Positions 36,301 through 46,007 of a stretch of 64,000 nucleotides of DNA are shown piece by piece (positions within the stretch are counted from its first letter, which is position 1; the number at the start of each line of letters is the position of its first letter). The notes below the pieces were generated by a model, which saw only the letters and a list, made by a program, of their open reading frames with translations, had not been told where the DNA came from and did no database searches. Position numbers and translations under genes: made by a program. The DNA comes from Prorocentrum cordatum (lineage: Eukaryota). The stretch is from NCBI GenBank assembly GCA_963575745.1, contig CAUYUJ010000002.1, positions 1,612,001-1,676,000 on the forward strand, given 5' to 3'.

Positions 36301-37464
36301 GGCTGCTGTGCCAGTCGAGGCCCGCGCGCGCGGCTGAGGCAGAGCAGCAGCAGAGGGTGCTGCACAGGCCGCACATCACGGCCTGCGCAAAACGCAGGGC
36401 TCGCGAGGGCAGGGAGCGACGCCCAGCCAAGCGCGGAGACGCGGAGCGCCGGGGCGCGGGCGCGGCAAGCGGCGGGGTTCTCTGCTACTGACCCTACACA
36501 CCTCGCCGCTGCCGTGGACCCCGCCCTCGGCGAAGGCAGCGGCAGCCGTCTGCGGACGCTGCCAGCTCGCGCGACAACGGCGCCGCGAGGGCAGCGGCGG
36601 CCTCCGTGCGAGAAGGGGCGCCCGAGAGGGCGCGGACGGGCAGCGGCCGCCCTGCGAGGGCAAGGTGGCTGCCTGTGCGAGAAGGGCCGTCGCCTGTGGA
36701 ACGGGCCCGCGCGAGTCGCGGCGCCCGCAGGCGAGGGCGCGGCCTCGGGGCCGCGGCGCGTTCCCCCCCCCCCCCTCCTCCTCCGCGCGACCCAGGTCGC
36801 CTCGGGAAGCGTCTTCGAGGTGTTTCCTCCCCCCCTGAGAGCCGACGTCTCGAAGAAATTGGAACGTCGCGAAAGATCGCGGCCGGAGCCCATCCTTCTG
36901 CGACGTTTGTCGAGCCGGATCGATAGGGCCCCCGGGGCCGAAACCTGGCGAAAACGCCCCTTCGGAAGGAAGTGTAGCGCCAGGATCTCAATGTTGTGTT
37001 TCCTCGCCGTTTCTAGCACCCCCCCCCCCGCGGCCCTCCACGTGCTTCGCGCGGGCGGCAAGGGAGAGGGTTCGGGATGAAAAGTGCACGTCCAATGGGA
37101 GCCTCTGGAGATCAATGGCCCGCTTCCCTCGGGACCCGCCTCGGGATCTCGGGGGGGAAGGGGGGGGCGAAGTCACATCGTCGGAGGTCTGGGCGCGCGG
37201 CCCAGAGGGCCCCAGCGCGCAGAGCCGGGGATGCTTCTGCACCGCCCCCGACCGTTCCCCGCCTCGCCGCCTCCTCGTCGTCGGCCCGCGTCGCCCTCGT
37301 CCTCGGCATCCTTCCCGCCCCCGTCCTCGTAGCCGTGGGCCCGCGTCGTCGTCGCCATCCTCCTCGTCCTCCTTCTCCTCGTCGTCGTCGGCCCGCCTGG
37401 TCATTATCGTCGCTGGCCGCCGTTCGTCGTCCTCGTGCAATCGTGTGCTTTCGTCGTTCGCCAG

Positions 37465-37625
37465 GGAAAGAGGGCCCGGGGTCGGCTCGGCCGGGGTTGG
37501 CGGTGCAGGCAGGCACGGTGGCCCGGGCGCCCTCCCAGAAGGCGCGGCAGGCACGGGCCCGTGGCGCTGGAGGCGGAGGGCGTGCGCCCCCGCCGCCCTG
37601 CGCGACCTGGCCGACGGCGCCCAGG
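37465..37625 (+). CDS. Probable exon of host gene (5' boundary uncertain)
   Basis: Ends ...LRDLADGAQ g|GT at 37626, phase 1, which matches the 38871 exon. Confidence 0.5.
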
Positions 37626-38870
37626 GTTCTTCCTCTTCCCCCTCCTCCCCTTTTTTCTCCTCCTCCTCCTCCTCCTTTTTCCTCCTTTTCTTCCTCCTCG
37701 TCTTCCTCTTCGTACCTCCTCCTCGGGTGCAGCTCGCGCATCCGAGGTTTTAGACTATCAAGCCTGTTCCTGGAGCAGCAACGCGAAACCAAGTGGACGC
37801 CAATGGAAACAGGGCAATCCGACCGACACGGCTGGGCGTGTACAGTGGATACCCATGCCAAGAAACGCCTTGTTTGCCTCCAGGGTGCCCTGGGATTCTT
37901 GGTCTTCGATGGCTTAGCCATGGGGAACGTAGGTGGATTGTCGGGGATCGATTCAGTTCGTCGAACGAACGAATCTTCAATTGGCGTACCCCAGAAGTGA
38001 TGTTCCCAACGATCGGATCGAGTCGAATCGTCGAACTCATGTACCCCAAAATTCGTACGCTCGTCGAATCGACGAAACGTACGTAGAATGCTCCGCAGGT
38101 TTACGAACATTCTGCGCACATCCCTTCGTACATGCAATGAAGAAATCAGTTCTGGGGTACATAAATTCGGTAGTCGATCCCCCACTCAAAGGGTCGAGCT
38201 GTGGCGAAGCGTCCTGGCTTGCCGACAGCCCCACCAAAGAATGTTCGAATGACCTTTTGTGGCTTGCACGAAATGTTCTTATAGCATTTATGGTTGAGAC
38301 CGTCTTTTGTTAGCATGTCTGCTCGATGGTCTAATCGTTGTTCTGTTATGAGAACAGTCTTTTGTTCCAAGAGCATTCTCCTGGTAGGCCTATAGGAATA
38401 CCAGGACGGTCGGTCCCAGCTCAAAAGGAGGGGGAAGAGGTGCCGATACCGCTGCTCGTCCTCAGGCGGCGAGCCCGGGGGGAAGTGAGAAGGAGGAGGC
38501 CTTCTCAGAAGGCTCGGAAGGCCCCCGGCGAAGGCCCGCCGCCTTCTGAGAAGGCCTTCTCCTTCTCACTTCCCTCGCTCGTCGCCGAGCCACGGTTGGA
38601 TGCTTCCCGAGATTCTGGTCAGAACGCGCACAGGGAGAGGTCCAGGGAGTACGGCACGTTCGCGTCGTGTCGTTTGGCGGCGACCCCGCCGCCGGCAGTT
38701 GACGTTGAACGCCGCCGGAGACCCAGAATCGGTCGATGTTGAAGGATCGGACGTTTCGGAATCGGCCGATCGCTCAAAGTTGAACGATCCCCGCTGTGCC
38801 AGAAACCAACACCGAAGTCGGCACGACACGAACCTGCCGTGGCGGCATCGGAACTTTGCTGTCCCCCCAG

Positions 38871-38974
38871 GCGCAATGCAGCGCGCCGAGCTCGGGGGCC
38901 AGCTGAGTGCGCTGCAGCAGAGGCTCGGCCACGAGGTGAGGCCCCTGCAGGAGGTGCTGTTTATGTACGACGAG
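38871..38974 (+). CDS. Exon of host gene (GAMQRAELGGQLSALQQRLGHEVRPLQEVLFMYDE)
   Basis: ccccag| acceptor and gag|GC donor. Phase consistent with both neighbours. Confidence 0.75.
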
Positions 38975-38982
38975 GCTCGACA

Positions 38983-39359
38983 AAGAAGCAGCGGCATGAA
39001 CAGAAACTGTCGACGGTCCGCGCGGAGTTCTTGGATCTGACCTGGACACCCCTGGCGGCGCCTCCAGCGCCGCCCCGCGGCGAGCTCCGCGCGCCAGGGA
39101 GGTCGGGGGTGGACAGAACCCCCACCCTAACACGTCGAGTAGTGAATTGTCCGTTGTTCTCGGTGCTCGAGAGGGCGCCGCGGCCGTCACTTTCCAGGCT
39201 TGCGCCCGCCAGGTTTGGGCCCGAGGCCGTTTTCACTAAGCCACGTTTTGCTAAAGGGGGTTCTGTCCATCCCCGAGGAGGGCTGCCCAGCGCCGATCCA
39301 AGAAATCCGCGCAGACCGTCGAAAGTTGATGTTTATTGTTTGTTGCTCTTCCTCTGGAG
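38983..39359. mobile_element. MITE family M filling a GC-AG intron, with nested family F MITE (39103-39276, TSD GGAGG)
   Basis: Family M TIRs at about 38995-39040 and 39295-39350. The nested element tcgggggtggacagaacccc...ggggttctgtccatccccga is flanked by ggagg on both sides. Confidence 0.75.
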
Positions 39360-39502
39360 GCCCGGGACGCCGCGCTGCAGGCTTCCTGCATGAAGGCGCA
39401 CGGGTTCGTGCTGCTGACGGCCTTCCTGCGCATGCAGGCGCTATTGATGGTGGTGGGTCTCGTGCGCGACCTGGTGGACTGCGTCGCCCTCGCCGCCCGC
39501 AG
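39360..39502 (+). CDS. Exon of host gene (ARDAALQASCMKAHGFVLLTAFLRMQALLMVVGLVRDLVDCVALAAR)
   Basis: gag| acceptor and cag|GT donor, phase 0 to 2, hydrophobic segment. Confidence 0.75.
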
Positions 39503-39540
39503 GTGCTCCCAGGAGGAAAAGGTACCGACTACCGGCGCAG

Positions 39541-39689
39541 TTCAGTCGGGCATGTCCCTCTACCGGAGGAATATTCAAAATATAATTTGATGACGATGTT
39601 TCGACTATGTGTGACTATTTTGGAGTATTTGTTAGGTATGTTTTATTTGTCACCCAAAATCCGCCTGTAGGAGAACATTCCCGACCAAA
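39541..39689. mobile_element. hAT-like MITE family H
   Basis: ttcagtcgggcatgtcc ... cattcccgaccaaa, with degenerate TSD cggcgcag/gggtacag. Confidence 0.75.
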
Positions 39690-39987
39690 GGGTACAGTGG
39701 AGGCCCATGCCAAGAGTCACCCTGCTTGCCTCCAGGGTGCCCTGGGTTTCTTGGGCTTCGATGGTTCTGCTGTGGAAGGCGTGTGACGTTCCCGCACCAG
39801 AAATCAAGGGGCGTTCAGGGGTCTCAGGGTCGGGTTTCTTGTGGAAGGTTTCTTGTGGACTGGCCTCCAGTGTACCGATTACCGGTACCCTTGCCTCGTT
39901 TTTCCCTTTGGGGTCCCCGTTGCCACCGCTGGATTCGCCTCGAAATCTTGGTCAGAGCGCACCCCGGGAAAGGTCTGGGGAGTAGCG

Positions 39988-40486
39988 TAAATTGGGCATT
40001 ACCTCTACAGAAGGAATTTTCAAAAATTGTCCAAACATAGTCTGGGGACGATTTTTCTACTATTTCTAACTATTTCTGAATATGTTATCCAAATATGCTT
40101 GACCTATAGGAGTCCTCTCAAACCCTACCATTGGGTCCTATGCCCCCCCTAAGTCCTATGCCCCCCCTAATTCCTATGGCTATGCCTATGCCTATGCCTA
40201 CGCCTCCCTCTTACTCCTATGCCTACGCCTATGGCTATGCCTATGCCTATGCCTGCTTGCTTGCTTGCTTGCTTGCGCGCATGCGCGCTTGCACGCTTGC
40301 TTACTTGCGCGCTTGCGCGCTTGCTTGCACGCTTGCTTGCTTGCTGAGGTCGGATTCCAAGCATGCTTGATTCCTCTCATTCCTTGATTTGAGTCATCTC
40401 ATCTATTTGGAGTCAACGCTGGCTGATATTTGGCTATGTTTGATTTTCATACAATATCTGCCTGTAGGGGGACATGCCCGACCTAA
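39988..40486. mobile_element. hAT-like MITE family H expanded by (TATGCC)n and (GCTT)n microsatellites
   Basis: taaattgggcatt ... gacatgcccgacctaa, flanked by gagtagcg and gagtggca. Confidence 0.65.
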
Positions 40487-40520
40487 GAGTGGCAGTATCG
40501 GTGCCTTCTGGTTTCCCCAG

Positions 40521-41107
40521 GTGCTCGGCGAGGCTCATGAGGCCGGTGCTCGAGCTGCTCGGGTGCATGGCCGCCGCGTTGTTCGGCCTTTGCCGCGTGT
40601 GCCGCGGCGTGCTCTCCAGCACCGGGGGGCCAGCCACTGGTCAGCAGTGCCTGGTCAGCTCCAGGGAGCAGGACGCGTGGCAGGGCTCGACGGTTTGGGG
40701 GCCGTCCACGGCTGCCGTGAGGCGGCGCACGCGAGCGCATCTGGAGGCGCTGGCCGATGCGGCAGAGAGCTCCCCGGCGGCGCTCGCAGCCATTGGACTG
40801 AGCTCCGAGGACGTCCGCAGGCACGCAGCAGAGCTCCAGCACATCCAGGAGAACTGCACGCCCATGCGGACTCCTGGCTCGAGGCCATCGTGGTGGCTGG
40901 CGGGTGAGGGCAACGTGGGCGGTGCTGCCGAGGCGGAGGAGGAGGTGCTCGCCGCTGCGCGTCGGGCTGGGCCAGCCGAGATGTTGATGGCTTGTGCCAT
41001 CGTGCTCTCGCTGCCCAGCACCGTGCTCATCGTCGAGGTCGCGACGGGCTCCTTCGACGTGGCCTGTGCTTGCGGTGTCGTTGGAGTCAGTTGCGCCGCG
41101 TGGGCAG
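40521..41107 (+). CDS. Large exon of host gene (CSARLMRPVLELLGCMAAALFG...MLMACAIVLSLPSTVLIVEVATG...CAAWA)
   Basis: ccccag| acceptor and cag|GC donor, phase 2 to 1, 587 nt without a stop, hydrophobic stretches. Confidence 0.75.
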
Positions 41108-41330
41108 GCATGGCCTCCTACGATCCGATTCGATGCGATTCGATTCGCCGGCTGGGGCCGCGATTCCAATTCGATGCGATCCCGCTCTATCCACCGGCAT
41201 CGGCCAGGGCCAGCCGGAAGCGGGGCGCGGCGATCCGATTTCGATCCGATTCGGGACACGATTCGCTGGCGATTCGATCCGCTCTCGATCCGAGCCGACG
41301 TCGCGATCCGATCCAGCGCAGACCTGGCAG

Positions 41331-41552
41331 GGCTGTTCGACGAGGGGGAGCACATGTGCAATGCGTCCGTCCTCGCAGTGCTGTCCTGGGCGTGCACGGT
41401 GCTCGGCGCGGCGGCTTGCCTCATGGACGCTGGCTCCGTCGTGGCCTCCGCCGCCCTCCTCGCCACGCTGCGGCTCCGGGCGGTCGGCGCTCGCGGCACG
41501 CGCTGCCCCCTGGCGATGGAGCTCGTCGTCCTCGTCCTCGTCCTCGTCCTCG
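41331..41552 (+). CDS. Exon of host gene (GLFDEGEHMCNASVLAVLSWACTVLGAAACLMDAG...LVVLVLVLVL)
   Basis: ggcag| acceptor and g|GT donor, phase 1 to 1, TM-like. Confidence 0.72.
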
Positions 41553-41574
41553 GTCGGAACACAGACTGACCTAA

Positions 41575-41759
41575 ACACAAACATTCAGAGGTCCGCCCAG
41601 ATTTCTCGGATCCTTGCTGGAGCCCCCTGGTGGCGCCTCCGGCGCTGCCCCTTTCGCGCGCTCCGCGCGCCAGGGAGGGTGGTCCAGCGCCGATCCGAGA
41701 AATCAGCGAAAGCCTCCGAAGGTTTCGCTCTATGTCGCTCGCTGCTCCCCTATATCTAG
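41575..41759. mobile_element. Degenerate MITE family M copy inside an intron, ending in AG
   Basis: gatttctcggatcc...gcgcgctccgcgcgccagggagg...gatccgagaaatc core. Confidence 0.6.
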
Positions 41760-41901
41760 GCCTCCTAGATGGGGTCAGGGTAGATGGGGTCGGAAGATCG
41801 CGCCGCATCGCCGATGCATCGGCGATGCGGCTCGATGTGGAGCCCGATTTCCTCCACAACGACGTTGCCGACCCCATCTACTCCGACCCTATCTTGGAGG
41901 C
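41760..41901. mobile_element. 142-bp palindromic insertion (about 34-bp TIR) at an exon start
   Basis: gcctcctagatggggtcagggtagatggggtcgg pairs with ccgaccccatctactccgaccctatcttggaggc. Confidence 0.7.
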
Positions 41902-42060
41902 GCCTACTACAGGAGTACGTGCTCGGCCACATGGTCGGGGGGGTCATCCAGGCCTTCCAGCGCAGCCCGGCCGAGTTCCCCGACGAGCGGGGCCGGGCTC
42001 TGGCGGTGGCGGGCTGCGCCCTCGGCGCCTGCGCCGCGCATGCCCTGCGCCCCGCCGGCG
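41902..42060 (+). CDS. Exon of host gene (LLQEYVLGHMVGGVIQAFQRSPAEFPDERGRALAVAGCALGACAAHALRPAG); acceptor uncertain
   Basis: Coding-like codon use. Phase-1 donor at 42061 (GC) or 42067 (GT) joins the 44961 exon in frame. Confidence 0.65.
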
Positions 42061-42159
42061 GCCAGGGTTAAATCGGGCGTGTTCCTCTACAGGAGGAGTA
42101 TTCAAAATCGTCAAACAAATAGTCAGGGGGCGATTTTCCGACTATGTTTGACCGTTTTT

Positions 42160-43744
42160 CCCGGAAAGGGCTCGGGCCCAGGGTTCTCTTTTAGTGGGTA
42201 AACCTGTCCCCCGGTGCCAACTTGAAGGAGGCCGGCGAATTTTTTCCCTGATAAATATCGAGGTCGAAGGAGGCCGGCGAATTAAAATTTGAGGATGTCT
42301 CGAGCGAAACGCTTGTTTTTGAAATCCCGATCGATAAATCACAGGGTGCGGGCCACTTTTTCGTGTGTTGAGGATGTCTCGAGCGAAACGCTTGCTCCGC
42401 AGAGTTTGCCGAGGATGTCTCGAGCGAAACGCTTGTTTTGCAGAGCCGACCGCGACGCGGAAAAGCGCCCCGCGCGAAGGAATTTCGATGATGTTTCGAC
42501 TAATTTGTTTGTTTTTGTACGATTTCCTGGAATTTTGGCAGGATGTCTCGAGCGAAATGCACGACCCCACCCTAGCACGACCATACCCCAGCACGACCAC
42601 ACCCCAGCACGACCAGACCCCAGCACGACCCCACCCCAGCACGACCCCACCCCAGCACGACCATACCCCAGCACGACCACACCCCAGCACGACCCGACCC
42701 CAGCACGACCCTACCCCAGCAAGACCACACCCCAGCACGACCACACCCCAGCACGACCTCACCACAGCACGACCACACCCCAGCACGACCACGCCCCAGC
42801 ACGACCACGCCCCAGCACGACCACGACCACCCCCCAGCACGACCACCCCCCCAGCACGACCACCCCCAGCACGACCACCCCCCAGCACGACCACACCCCA
42901 GCACGACCACTCCCCAGCACGACCACACCCCAGCACGACCACACCCCAGCACGACCACACCCCAGCACGACCACACCCCAGCACGACCCGATCGATAAAT
43001 CACAGGGTGCGGAGCACCCCAGCACGAACCCACCCCAGCACGACCCCACCCCAGCACGACCCCACCCCAGCACGACCACGCCCCAGCATGACCACACCCC
43101 AGCACGACCACACCCCAGCACGACCACTCCCCAGCACGACCCCACCCCAGCACGACCCCACCCTAGCACGACCACACCCCAGCACGACCACACCCCAGCA
43201 CGACCCCACCCCAGCACGATCACACCCCAGCACGACCCCACCCCAGCAAGACCACACCCCAGCACGACCGCACCCCAGCACGACCTTACCACAGCACGAC
43301 CACACCCCAGCACGACCACGCCCCAGCACGACCACGCCCCAGCACGACCACGCCCCAGCACGACCACGCCCCAGCACGACCACGCCCCAGCACGACCACC
43401 CCCCAGCACGACCACCCCCCCAGCACGACCACCCCCCAGCACGACCACCCCCCAGCACGACCACACCCCAGCACGACCACTCCCCAGCACGACCACACCG
43501 CCTTGGTTGAGTGGTTGCCTGTCGTCGTGGAATGTTTCGTGGGGTGTCTCGTGGAATGTTTCGCGGGGTGTCTCGTGAAATGTTTCGTGAGGTGTCTCGT
43601 GGAATGTTTCGTGAGGTGTCTCGTGGGCTGTTTCGTGAGGTGTCTCGTGGGATGTTTCGTGAGGTGTTGCCCAGTTGGGTATCATGAAAACGTGTCCATG
43701 CTCCACATGTCTATATCCCTTTCCGGGTTCGTGGGTCCATCATG
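42160..43744 (+). mobile_element. Helitron2/Helentron-like element E5
   Basis: Same termini. First about 400 bp nearly identical to E1, E6 and E8. Confidence 0.8.
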
Positions 43745-43749
43745 TTTTT

Positions 43750-44888
43750 CCCGGAAAGGGCTGGCCCAGGGTTCTCTTTTAGTGGTAAACCTGTCCCCCG
43801 GTGCCAACTTGAAGGAGGCCGGCGAATTTTTTCCCTGATAAATATCGAGGTCGAAGGAGGCCGGCGAATTAAAATTTGAGGATGTCTCGAGCGAAACGCT
43901 TGTTTTTGAAATCCCGATCGATAAATCACAGGGTGCGGGCCACTTTTTCGTGTGTTGAGGATGTCTCGAGCGAAACGCTTGCTCCGCAGAGTTTGCCGAG
44001 GATGTCTCGAGCGAAACGCTTGTTTTGCAGAGCCGACCGCGACGCGGAAAAGCGCCCCGCGCGAAGGAATTTCGATGATGTCTCGACTAATTCGTTTGTT
44101 TTTGTACGATTTCCTGGAATTTTGGCAGGATGTCTCGAGCGAAATGCACGACCCCACCCTAGCACGACCATACCCCAGCACGACCACACCCCAGCACGAC
44201 CATACCCCAGCACGACCACACCCCAGCACGACCACCCCAGCACGACCCTACCCCAGCAAGACCACACCCCAGCACGACCACACCCCAGCACGACCACCCC
44301 AGCACGACCACGCCCCAGCACGACCACGACACCCAGCACGACCACAGCACGACCCCACCCCAGCACGACCACTGCACGCACCCAGCACGCACGCACCCAC
44401 ACCCCAGCACGACCCACCCCAGCACGACCACACCCCAGCACGACCACACCCCAGCACGACCTTACCACAGCACGACCACACCCCAGCACGACCACGCCCC
44501 AGCACGACCACGCCCCAGCACGACCACGCCCCAGCACGACCACGCCCCAGCACGACCACGACAGCACACGACCACCCCCAGCACGACCACACCCCCAGCA
44601 CGACCACAGCCCCAGCACGACCACTCCCCAGCACGACCACACCGCCTTGGTTGAGTGGTTGCCTGTCGTCGTGGAATGTTTCGTGGGGTGTCTCGTGGAA
44701 TGTTTCGCGGGGTGTCTCGTGAAATGTTTCGTGAGGTGTCTCGTGGAATGTTTCGTGAGGTGTCTCGTGGGCTGTTTCGTGAGGTGTCTCGTGGGATGTT
44801 TCGTGAGGTGTTGCCCAGTTGGGTATCATGAAAACGTGTCCATGCTCCACATGTCTATATCCCTTTCCGGGTTCGTGGGTCCATCATG
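43750..44888 (+). mobile_element. Helitron2/Helentron-like element E6, head-to-tail with E5
   Basis: Junction CATG-TTTTT-CCCGG. Confidence 0.8.
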
Positions 44889-44960
44889 TTGGGGGTATGC
44901 GATGACTACTAATAATTTTTCGTCCAACATTTGCATGTAGGAGGACATGCCCGACCTAAG

Positions 44961-45088
44961 GCCAGGGCTCGCCGGGCGCCGCGGCGTGGTGCGCCTCTGG
45001 GGCGGCGCTGGTGGTGAGCGTGTGGGCGCTCGCGGAGGAGGGCTCCCACGGCCTGCTGCTCGGGCTCTGGTGGCTTGCCGCCTGGGAG
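44961..45088 (+). CDS. Exon of host gene (GQGSPGAAAWCASGAALVVSVWALAEEGSHGLLLGLWWLAAWE)
   Basis: cctaAG| acceptor and gag|GC donor, phase 1 to 0, TM-like. Confidence 0.72.
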
Positions 45089-45094
45089 GCTCAG

Positions 45095-45995
<901 letters not shown>

Positions 45996-46007
45996 CCATT
46001 TTGGCTC
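45996..46007 (+). other. Relict spliced-leader core at LINE 5' end
   Basis: CCATTTTGGCTC is an exact 12-nt match to DinoSL (DCCGTAGCCATTTTGGCTCAAG), at the microsatellite/LINE boundary. Confidence 0.65.

Larger units (their letters stand above)
42068..44959. mobile_element. hAT-like MITE family H forming an intron (perfect 8-bp TSD GGCCAGGG), containing E5 and E6
   Basis: ggccaggg|ttaaatcgggcgtgttcc ... ggacatgcccgacctaa|ggccaggg. Confidence 0.85.
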
